This document shows, piece after piece, positions 21,401 through 33,400 of a stretch of DNA of 64,000 bases. The notes under the pieces were generated by a model. That model saw only the letters and a list, made by a program, of their open reading frames with translations, was not told the origin of the DNA and made no database searches. A program made the position numbers and the translations under genes. Within the stretch, counting starts at the first letter, position 1; each line of letters starts with the position of its first letter. This stretch comes from Haliotis cracherodii (taxonomy: Eukaryota): assembly GCF_022045235.1 (NCBI RefSeq), contig NW_027266275.1:55490001-55554000 (forward strand), read 5' to 3'.

Positions 21401-24400
21401 GTCAAAATGCAGTCATAGCTGAACTATTGCTGAGCGTGGAATTAAACAACAAACAACAAAACTGCAGCAGTCTTTCAGCCATATTATAGAGAGAGCACTT
21501 TGTATGTGTACGTATGTTTGGACTCGAACTCTTTGTCTTAAGCTGCAGAGCAAACACAAATACAATCATACACTTAAATTCACGGCCAGGACAGTTAATG
21601 TAATAGTTTTGAACTCTAAAACAGATGAAAAACGTTACTCATATTTCAGTCTTAGTTCAAAGTAGAAAAGTTCATTTACAAATCTTAACGTAATCATACT
21701 TTATGTAAACAATGAAATCATAGACTACGTACTTCATTTTGTGAAAAAATATCCATTAGCATTGAGTTGTTGTTTTACCTGTTATTACTAGTAATTACGA
21801 TGCATTGTGTCTCTCAACAAAACAACCAACATGGCATGCCTATGTCTATGTAAGCATCTAACTAAATCAAATGACACATGATTAAACCCTTATTATGACA
21901 CAGGAGAAACTAGATCTTCAGATATTTCTCATCAAAGTACATCTCTTCAATGCATGAAATACCCCACAGGTATTTCTGACTCACCTACAAGCAATATTCT
22001 GAAAACACTAGTTGAAAAGATATATGCATATCTAATTTCCTTTAAGTAAATTACAAAAGGGAGATAACTCTAATGATCACCAAACATCATTTGTAATGAT
22101 ACAAAAAGGCTCAGTAATTAATTCATAATAAACAGTAACAAAAACAACATGTTCACATTCTTAGATATCAACAATAAAATATTTCTGTACCAATTGAGGT
22201 ATTATTATAACCAAGAGGGGATATGCATGCATAGTTCTGACTCTTTTATCATGCAAAATATTTCCCTGAATCAGTTCAGAATAATTGTATTCTAAATGGT
22301 AAATATTATGTTAAAAAAGTGTGCCATGAAAATAGAAAAATCTCACCCATGCCTTATGTTTATCAGTATAAAAGATGAATTCTTAGGAAAACAACATAGA
22401 TTAGTATTAGAATCCAAGCCACGGTTAATGAATAGACGAAGCATGCATACAACTATTTTTGTTCTAACCCATTCTATAATCATGCTGTTTCGTTTGCTGA
22501 TGATCAAGATTTTTCATTTAACGAAACCTGACTAACTAGGGATCTTCATCTGACAAGGAAGTCACTTAAAACAGAACATCACCATGGTTACAAATAATTT
22601 AACACAACAAAAAATCTTCATCATTATCATCACTATCAAAATATGTTAACATGATGTTTATTTAGCTATTTTAGTATGTGTATGGATATGTATCTTTGAC
22701 ATATTCATTAACTGCATAACCCGATCGTCTAAAACGTAATAATAATCATAGTTTCAGTCATGGTTAACTTGTCACAAAGGCCATTAAATAGAACTGCAGA
22801 AATATATCGCCAGTGTAGGGCTAGAAGAGATCTTACAAAATCTCTGAAAAAAGAAGTACATCCATCCACAAAATATACATAATTGTCTTTATTTCATCTT
22901 CTATTACCACAGGTCAATGCCCATTATCGTCATGATGAGGAGGATGTAGATGACAATGATGACGATGATGATGATGAAAATGAAATGCTGTTAATAACAC
23001 ATTGCACAGTTGTGGAACCTAACAATGTTGAACACAAAACAATATTGATTTACTTTTTCCATTTCATTGATAAATAAATACTTTGTTTTCAATTAATGCT
23101 TTTAATTGATGAAAATACGAAGGGATTTTGAAAACCTACATTTAGCAGTGCACATCATTGTTATTTAGGATTATTAAGTATTCGAAACAGATAAACAATA
23201 CACAATTAGTAGTTGTGGGAGAAAACTAAACACCAAAATTGTGCCATTAGTATCCCACTGTGCAATGTGCCACACCGAACCCATTGTTACCACAGACTGG
23301 TTACCATGGTTACAACATTGTGACGAGGAGACCCATTGATCTACAACAGCAAGCAGCAAATGAAACCAAAAAGGACGCAGCATGCTAGTGTTACGATTTG
23401 ACCGAGAAGCATACCTGAATAAACAAAGAGTCGTCAGTCCGAGAGCCGGACGCTAAATCTTCCACTTTGTCATGCAATCCTGCTGGGGCTGTTTCAGTTA
23501 GGCGAGATTCAGGCTGGTTAGATTCTGGGCTCAGATTAGTATCTGAGTCGGAGTCCATGTCTACGTTATCAAATAATGAGTAAAAAGGTGTCCGGGTATT
23601 TTTTGTGTTAGTAAAGGAGTCGTGTATACTACGATTAGTGATGAGATCAGATACATATGAACGAGACGTCCGGCCTCGTTGTCGCTTTACCTCCGAAGTT
23701 GAGGCAGTCGAGAGACGTATGGAGGGATCACTAGTTCCGAGAATATCCGGGCTGACACTTTCAAGCGGAGACTGGATGCTGCCGCTGCTCCTGTAGCTGA
23801 GGGAGTCCCCATCCATCAACCAATCAGACATGTCAAAACTAGCCTTAGGAGTGTTACTAGTCCTATCACGGCCCACAATAGACTCGCCCATAAAATCGTC
23901 CCACTCAAAATTATCTTGAGAGGCGAACACATCGTCAAAGTGGGCATCAAATTTAAGATCTATGGAACTTGTATCGGAGGGTGAGGGCATCACGTCCTCT
24001 GGAATGGTTTCTAATGGCGGCCGTTCAAACACTCTTGGAGAACTGACACCTTTAGAGAGGTAGAGTTCACTAGCAAGTCTAAGGTCAAGATCCTCATCTG
24101 AATCTGTCACTTCATCACTTATGTTATCCTGGCGTTCATCCAAATTATCGGAATCATCGTCGTCTGCATCAAGATCTGTCACCTGAATGTGCCGTCTTCT
24201 CTCCTCACATACATAAGAACTGCCACTGTTTGAAGAGTCAGACGAACTATCGGATTCAGAGGAACTACTTTTACTTTCATCATCACTCACATATTCTACA
24301 CATGTACCTACCTTCTCACCGGAGGGCGCTGCTCCATCAAAGGAACTGGGCGCATCTGCCAGCTCTGGGGAACTCACACACACAGCACTGTCTGACGAAG

Positions 24401-27400
24401 ATTCAGCCCCACTTGTGTTTTCCTCATTAGAGTCTGATTTGACAGACTGATCTGCAGGAGTTTCATATCCGGATGTGCCATTGTCCAGAGCAAGGTCTGA
24501 CGGCTTCACATTCTCACCTTTTGAAACAGGTTCATCCGCTAATCTCTCATTGGATTGGAATGTACTCGGAATTATACTCTCAGCCTGAAAGTTACGAGAC
24601 GACACTAAATCTATATCATTAGAAAGAAAATTCTGTGGTTCTACATCAGTGTCACGTTTGGTGTCAGATGAAGCCGTCTGCTTACCTGCAGGATCAGCTT
24701 TGCTGTCCGGCTCATCAAATCCTGAGACAGGTGACTCTGCATCACCTTTAGATGAAGATTCACTGAGTAGTGATTGGTTTCCTTTGCCAGGCAACAGCTC
24801 AGCACTAGCATCTGGCTGAGATGACACAGGTTTTATCTGGTCTGCAATATCACCTTGCCCGAACAAATCTGCAAAAGGATCTTTATTGTTTGCAGGTGCT
24901 TGTTCTGGCTTATTCCCCTCTAGTGCTATGTCTGATGCAGGTGTGTTATGCTGATTTTGTACATCTTGGTGAGGTTCCCCAACAGCTTCAAGAATATCCA
25001 GACTGGATGCTGGCTTGGTTGGGGAAACTACAGGTTTTCCTCCCAACAAATCAAACTGATCAGATGACACAGGCAAATCCTCCTCCTTGTCTAATGCTCC
25101 CAGAAGATCTGCAGCTGTATCTTCCTGTGGCACATCAATCAAAACATCAGGTGTCTTCTCCTCTGATGGCACTGGTGAAGCTAAGGAACTGGAATTGCTT
25201 TTGGTTGAAGCTGCTAATGCTACACTGAATTCATCTTCAATTTTTCTACTGGTTCTCGACCCCGATCCTGATTTTTGTTGTTTCTGACTGACATCAGGTT
25301 CAGCTGGGGTTGGTGCCAGGTCCATGATGGGAGTGCTGGTCATGTGAGCAGGCAGTGTATGGCGAGAGGGTGTGGGTAACTGGGCCAGTTTGCCAGCCAA
25401 ACTCGGCTGCATGTTGACAGTAATATGGTCACCATTGGTCACTGAGGTTGACATATTGTCCTCAATTTTCACTGAAAAGAGTTCCTCTGCTTTGGCAGGT
25501 TGATCGGAGACTGGTTGTTGGGGTTCAGGTTTCGGGTCCGGAACAAAGTTGCTGTCAAAGCTAGCTGATGCCGGTCGTGTCTGCTGCTTGTGCTGTGGTT
25601 TGGCCGCCACAATACGTGCCTCGTGGGGTATCATCTGGTTCCATTTCTTTTCAAAGTTCTCTGCCTTAGCTTGATCACCGGCCACAATTTCATACAATCT
25701 CTGTAGCAGACCATGGGCATCCTCTATGCTGGGTCTCTGACCTGGGTTTAGCCAACAGAACAGCATCACCTCCACTCTGAAAGTAAAGGAAACAATTGCA
25801 AACCACATACTCTGTGATAAACCTTCAGAAGAAAATGCTTGAATTGTGGCTCTGACAAGTATAAAAGTCTCAAGCACACAGACTTGTGTACCCAATTTCA
25901 AAGTTTTTTTCTCACACAATCTTCATCTTTTTATCTTACATTATCGAAGTCAAAATGCATCCAGACACTGTACTGCTTCACATCCATATCACAACACACG
26001 TGTTAGAGAAGTTAAGATGTGAGTTATCTCCCCTGGCCAGGTACCCGAGTCCTTAATTAAGTTTTGTAACCCACTGTTTTCCCACTGAGCCAGGTGATGA
26101 AAGCGTAATCAATCTTACATGTCATGACTTCAGTTGTGAGTATACTGCACATGGTCTTTCTCTCCCACGTTTTGATCAAATTCGTTTTATCCCGATGTTT
26201 TCTTATTATTTCTGATATTTCTTGCACTTAGACGGTTCGTAAGTTGGACAAAACACCCCTCCTCAGTTTTGGTTGAAAATGTAAAACCTTTTCCCTTGCT
26301 CCCAGTTTTACGTTTGCAACCAAAACCTCTGATACCTTTTTTATCTTAAAAAACACATTTACAGCCACCAATAAAGCATTTGTGATGAGTTGAGCACACA
26401 AAATAGACTTTCAACATCAAATCAAGTTGTGGTTATGTTGACAATAGGGCCAAATAAGTCCCCCAAGAAGTCAAAAGAGCTTTCTTTAAGGGGAATCTCA
26501 TTTTTAAAAAGTACTTGGATTTGGATCATCATACCCAAATGGATTGGTTGATCACACTATCAACCACAGGTTAGCATGGACTAAACTTGATTGTGATACT
26601 GGCAGTCATTGTCCTCAATACACTATACACATATACATGCTCACATTCTGTCCTTGAACGGTATGTTGACGTCAGGCTCTGGGAGTTTGACCATGCGGTC
26701 TGCAATGACCGTCTGCAGCACCTGGTCGTCGGCCATGTTGCCATACGGCTGCTTGCCAAACATCAGCATCTCCCACAGCAGCACCCCGAACGACCTGAAG
26801 AAGACAGTCCTCATCATCACTGCCTTTCATCTGGGCGACTCAACATCATCTGAAGATGCCACTCATTTCAGACTAGCAGTTTATGTAAATTAACTTGGAG
26901 GAAAAAGTCATACATTTTCACTTGTCTTGCTTGCAGGACTTTAATTCACTAATTATGTGGGACAAAAATTTTGTCAGAAGCTAATGAAAATAAGTAAAGT
27001 TAGTTACATGGTTGCCCTGCGCCATGACTGGAATTTATATATACATTTTTTGTTACTGAAAGCCCAGGCAAGTCTAGATCAAACTAAACCAAGTCTAATT
27101 TCCTCAATTCCACATATGAAAACAGCTGAAGTGGAAAGGTTCTTTTTAAGAACAAAAATATATAATTATTTTTAAAAAATGTCTCCATTGACTAAGTGTT
27201 AGTCTATGAAACCAGCAGAAGAAGAACGGTTCTTTCGAAGAAAAAAAAACATTATTATTGAAAAGGAATCTTTTGATGACTAAGTGATAGTCTATTAACA
27301 TGGCTGAGCAATCTAGCAAAGGATAGGGTTTGGCTGTGGGAGTAACTAGTTCAGACTAACAGTCAAAACTATCGAGGTCAAGTACATATTATTTGAACAT

Positions 27401-30400
27401 TTGTTACAATATGCTCATCAACGTTGAAATAGTATAAAAACCAAAGATGACTTGATTATGAAAACAAGCACTCAAATCAAGCAAGTCACCGAGCCTGATC
27501 CATTAGTTGCATCATGCGAACAGTTGCTGGGGACCTATTCTACCCTGGAATCACCATCGGCTTACTTCTAGTACACCAAAAGGTAAGTAACGGAAGATAA
27601 CACACACATTAACACTAAACTCTGCTGGAAATAATGCCAAATACTTGATTGGACAAGTGATATCAAAAGCTTGTGGCAGAAACTGTTACATAACTTGACA
27701 TACAGCTTTAACATGAACCATGAGACTAGGTTAAACATTGGGTTAAAACAATAGATTTCCCCATTTACACCAAGAAATGAGATACTATGTGTAAATATTT
27801 CATTAGTTTGTTGCACAATCCATTGTCCTTGACAACTCGATTGTCCTTGTTTTTTCCATTGTCATGCAGCTGATGAGGACAAAGTTCACTAATCAGCACC
27901 GGTGGGGAGGCAGCAATTTATCTGTTTTTACAGTACATGAAATTTGGGCAGTGGTTCTAAACTGACAAGCATTTAAGTATTAATCTCAGCCACCATGACT
28001 TTAGTCATTAGTCCACAAATGCACAAATCAAGGCTACACTCAGGTGCTAATGCTAATATAGGTACAACTAGTCACAGTATTCATTCAAAAAATATTTGGC
28101 GAAGTGCAAATAAGGGTTAGTAACACTAATATAGGTAAAACTAGTTATCACTGTATTTCATTCAACAAATATTTGGCTGTGTGCTATTATAGGTACAACT
28201 AGTTATCACTGTATTTCAATCAACAAATATTTGGCTGAGTGCTAAAGGGGTACAACTAGTTATCACTGTATTTCTATATGCCTGTGTGCTGACATAGGTA
28301 CACAGTGCTTGGATAGCATTGCCTGAAAAGAGGTGAGTACTGCAGAACTAAATGTTGCAAGATGTCCATAGGGAGGACCGTTACAGTAATGCTTACATTA
28401 TTTGCACAATAGTATCTTATCATCTTTACCTTGAATAAAGGTAAGCATTATTTTGAAAATTATGGTTTAAATATATGAAAGCAAACATACCGAAATATCT
28501 TACTGTCCTGATCCCTGAATTGATCTCTTTACCTTATAAACAATTTGAGACTCACCCAATGACACATCACTGACCAGAGACTTGAAGACACTGTAGGTCC
28601 ATCATGCACATCTCACTCACCAGATATTTGCCTCCCTGGTGATGACAGCTGTTTGCCAGTTGCCTGACTGCTGACTGAGGGACTCTGGAGCCATCCACCT
28701 GATGGGGAGACTCTCCTTCCCACTGATGAAGTAGTCATCCTGTCAACATCAACATCATTGCTGTAGGTCTTTGTTACATGTACATCAGAAAGTGTCATCT
28801 AACCCCCATGGCGTGGGACTGTTGTCCAAAATATTGAACACTGGTTTGTCCGGTACAGACTTGGCTGTTATACAGCTGGAATATTGCTGAGTGTGCTGTA
28901 ACAGACAACTAACGGGTGGTCAGGCTCTCTGACTTGGATGCATGTCATCGTATCCCCATTGCGTGGATCGATGCACGTGATATCAATCACTGGACTGTCT
29001 GGTCCAGACTGGATTATTTCCAGACTGCCATCATATAGCTGGAATATTGCTGAGTGCGGCGTTAAACAACAAACAAACACTCTCTGCAACCAATGTTGCT
29101 TAGCTTTGTCTGATTTGTGACCTGTGTGCTGTGCACAGGATCCATACTACTATGTTACATGATTATGAGAACACGCTGTTTAAACATACCTTGAACACAT
29201 CCTCGGATATCCCATAATCCCCTATTTTGACCGTGTAATCTGACATCACCACACAGTTTCGGGCTGCAAAATCCCTGCAACAAAAATGTTTTGTTATAAC
29301 ATTGAAAGTGTTACAGAAAGTAAAAATATATCATAAGCTTCCTTGTAAATTTGTTCAATTCTATCAGGTATGTTGTTTTACCATTTCACTGCTGATTGAA
29401 TGAGAATGAAACTGTGATGGAAACATACAAAAAGTGACATAAAAAATACATGTTGGTGTACATGTGCACCATGAAGTTACATTAACAGCAAAATATGGAT
29501 TCAAACTCAGGAACACTTACTGGTGTATGTAACCATGGCGATGTAAACAAGCCAATCCACTCGAAGCATCAATGGCAAACTTAACCACCTGGTAGTTCTG
29601 CATCATAACTTCAGCTCGATCCTTCAGTTTCTTCACACACGTCTTGAGGTCACCCTACAGCACACACACACAATGACAAAGTGACATACTCAACCACTGA
29701 AACAGCGATGCAGCCAGCTAACCAAAGTCAGTCAAAGGTATCAGGAGGGCTTTGCAGAAGTAATGACCTAATTCAATATTATGAACTGGTTTAAGTTATT
29801 ACTGCAGAATTCAAAAAGCGGCTTCTAGCGCCACCTTTGTTTGGTTGATCCTATTGAATATTTTAACTTCAGCATGCCTCGCTGAAGATTTTGTAAATGT
29901 AGAGCTGAGGTGCCATGCGTCCAAGATTATTGCACTTACATGCATGTGTGGGTTGGTGTGGGTGTGTGTGTGGGTGGGTGGGGGTGGAGAGAGAGAAAGA
30001 GAAGGGTGTGTGTGGCTGTACTAGTCCTGACTGATTTAAAGTGCTAGCTCACTGAGATACCATGCCGCATTTTTAACATGAATACCACACTCTGACACGG
30101 TAATATACTGACTCCGAGCCGACCAGTCCACATTTTAGCCCCTTAATGGCGAGCGCCAGACAGGGTAGCAACAAGTACCCCGGACTATTCGGTCTTGTAA
30201 ATGTAGATGCTAATGATGCACCATGAGGTAGACAGAAAAGAACATTAGGTTGAGATGGGGCTAAAAGTGTGGCCGATGCAGACAAAATGAAGGATGTAGA
30301 AGGGTGCAACTTTAATATCAAATATCATTTAGAGCAAGTGACAGAGACTTTGCCTTGAACAGTATTTCAGCCACATCATGGCATGTCAGCTTCATGAAGA

Positions 30401-33400
30401 ACAACGTTCCAGACGATGAGGTCTTAGATATTTACTACTGATAAACAAAGAGTAGCAGATTCAGCCAAATCTTGGTCAATGCTTAATGGTTTCTTACCTG
30501 ACTTAGGACATCTTCCTGGGTCAAGGGCGTTCACTGACCATAAAAGTCCAGTTTCCACCCTTGCCCATGTAGGCTAGAATTATTGAGTTACATTTAAGCT
30601 TGACTTACGAGTCTATGCATAGTTCAATTAAAATAGCTTAACGAATTTGACATCCGGTTCCTAAACAGCTGCGCAGATTATGGTTGATTGAAGGATTTGC
30701 AAAGCATGTGTACCGACAACATAGCGTCAACAGATATTTCCAAATGGACACCAAGTTTTAAAATAGAACCATGGTCATCAGCGTGATAAGCTAACGCTTC
30801 ATCCAGTGGGCTAAGCCACTACTCATTTATACCTCTACCCAGCTGTAACAACTCTTATCTATGATACATACCATCTGAGCATACTCCAGAATCATGAGAT
30901 AGGGGGCGCTTTCAGTACATTGCCCCAGCAGACGCAGCACATTGGAGTGTTCCAGTTCCCTGTACAGATGCCATCATCTCAGTCATAATGTACAAACCAT
31001 ACTAATCACAATGAGGCTCAAACAGTAAAAGTTTTGTTTTCATGGTCCACATAATGAAGAAAACAAACATTTTGATTATCTAGTAGAACACCTTTTGACA
31101 AAACACCAAGGAGATTGTCAAAAGTTAGTTCATTCTGCTCCAAAAACAAATCAACATTTACATCTGAGTCTTTCAAGAAACAAAACATTAAATACTCATA
31201 AGATTCCAATTCTGATTAAAATGAGTTGTTAGGAAATCACTACCTGTAAGGTACTACATCCTCAAGGAAGAGTTTCTTCTCCGAGTTAGATGCATCATCT
31301 CTCAAGACTTTGGCCACGACGCGACTCAGAGGAATCCCTGTTGTAATGTGCTCTGCATCGGACTCCAGTACCTACACAACAAGTGCAGGTGAACGAGAAT
31401 ACAAAAGTGAGAAAATTCAAAAATAAAATTAAAAAAGATCTAATATCAAATTGTATGTCTATTCTTTGCTTCTGTGTGAACAATATGGGCAGCAGCCATT
31501 CCACATTCAATGGGAGAATCCATTTTCATTGATCAGAGGACTGTGGTGGAGTTGCTCTTTGTGTTTTCATCATCGGCCAGGTCAACTGGCTCACGAGCAA
31601 ACCTACCGCCCCTGCTGTTGTTATTGACTGTACGGATTATGTTGATCCTCCGGTTCAATTATAAGGTTGTGATATTTCTTGTTTGTTTAACAGGTGTTAC
31701 TACTGTTACCTGCTGTTTAAACATACCTGTCCAAACCATCCAGTTCCAATTTCTTTCAAGTAGGTCAGCTGTCGCCTTGGGAAAGGGTGAGGGTTATTTA
31801 TTACTGAAAGGTACAGAAAATATTCGTCAAGTTTGGGGATGGAGTGTGTGTGTCAAGGGTCAAGTCAACACATCACTTTATATAGTGTTCAAATCAATTT
31901 TAAAGTGCCTTTCAAACATAATTTTATTAACATCCAAATCTTTCAGACATTTTGGAGACAAATCTGGCGATGTACTACAATATGAAGTATCCTGACATTG
32001 CGAAACATAAACAATCAACCAGTTATAACCAGCTACATTTTATAATTAATAATTTTGGGCAATGCTGAGAGAATGTTGTTTTACTCCAGTCAATATACCA
32101 GAAATATTCACTTCCTTGGAATCCTGATGAATGATGAAAGGGGAACTATTCTGGCATCCCCACTGGGGCACAAGTTGGCAACTATCCTGCCCCAGAACCA
32201 CACTAGGTGCCACGACCTGCCTAAACCCTCCCTGGGAGAAACACCCTTGACCTGTCTTACCCACAAGCTTGAAGGCTGCCTCTTGCTTCGTCTTCTCCAC
32301 ACATGCTATCTTTGGCTTCCTGGGTGTGGACTCGGCCAGCAGCTCCGGTAGGGGTTCGATCTGAATGGTTGTTGACATTGTCTGATCTCTGGTGTCCACA
32401 TCTTGACCCATGGCGAAGCCAGGGTTGATTCTCGCTTCCATACGAGAATCCTCATTTTCAAAAGTCTGAAGTACATCCATATCACCATATTAAGATCGAG
32501 CAAAAACTCATCACTAATAATTTCAATTGTATCAAATACTAAAATGCAAACTGGTACCATTACAGTGAGTGAGTTTAATGCCACTTTGAACAGTATTTCA
32601 GTAATATGGTGTGTAATCCTGATGTGGAAAGAAAGCCTAAGTTAAGTGATGCAGGCCTTGGACATTCACTACTTGGTAACACCCACGAGCATGCATCTTC
32701 CCAAGGCAAGAGAGTTAACTGACTATAAAAAGTCCAGTTTCCACCCTTGCCAAACTAGGCTGGAATTTTAAGTTTTATTATGGCTGTACTAATGAGTCTA
32801 TGCATATATAGTCCAATCAAAATGGCATAACGAAATCAACCAACAGTCGATTGCTGGATTTGTAAAGCATGTGATTTGTAAAGCATTTGATGCACTTCAC
32901 GAAGTAAGACATTTATAACAATCTAAATCATTATGGAATCTGAAAGGTCAAAAGGAGGGACATGGAAGGGACATAACCTGTAATTGCCACTGGTGGCGCT
33001 ACGATCGAGCCCAGAATTCCAGGACAGTTCGGTAAGGGTGGAATCTCTTACTTTACCTTGATTCGGGAAGATGATGAGCATGATAAGAATCAAGGCAAAA
33101 TTGGAATTCAAGCTTGAGACAGGTTCCTGGCATGCTGAAGGGAGACAACTCTGCACAGCAAACTGCAGCACCTAAACAGCTAAACTTGTGGGCGAGCGGT
33201 CTGTAACTATTCACTGTCAAGCAGTTCACAGTCTTAACCTGCTTACATTAAGACTGAATGCATAGTGTTACACCCCTCTTGAGTGAGGGAGTTGGGTTTA
33301 CACTGCCATTAGCACTATTCCAGCAATATCACGGCAGGGACACCAGAAATGGGCTTCACACATTGTACCCATATTGGGAATCGAACCCGTGTGTTCGGCG

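Noticed and set aside
25777-25919. N-terminal part of the 842-aa ORF as a stand-alone gene start
   Set aside because: Intronic; the acceptor at 25777-25778 joins the ORF in phase to upstream kinase exons
27865-27900. CTGATGAGGAC, resembling a hammerhead ribozyme core
   Set aside because: No GAAA after stem II and no convincing stems I/III
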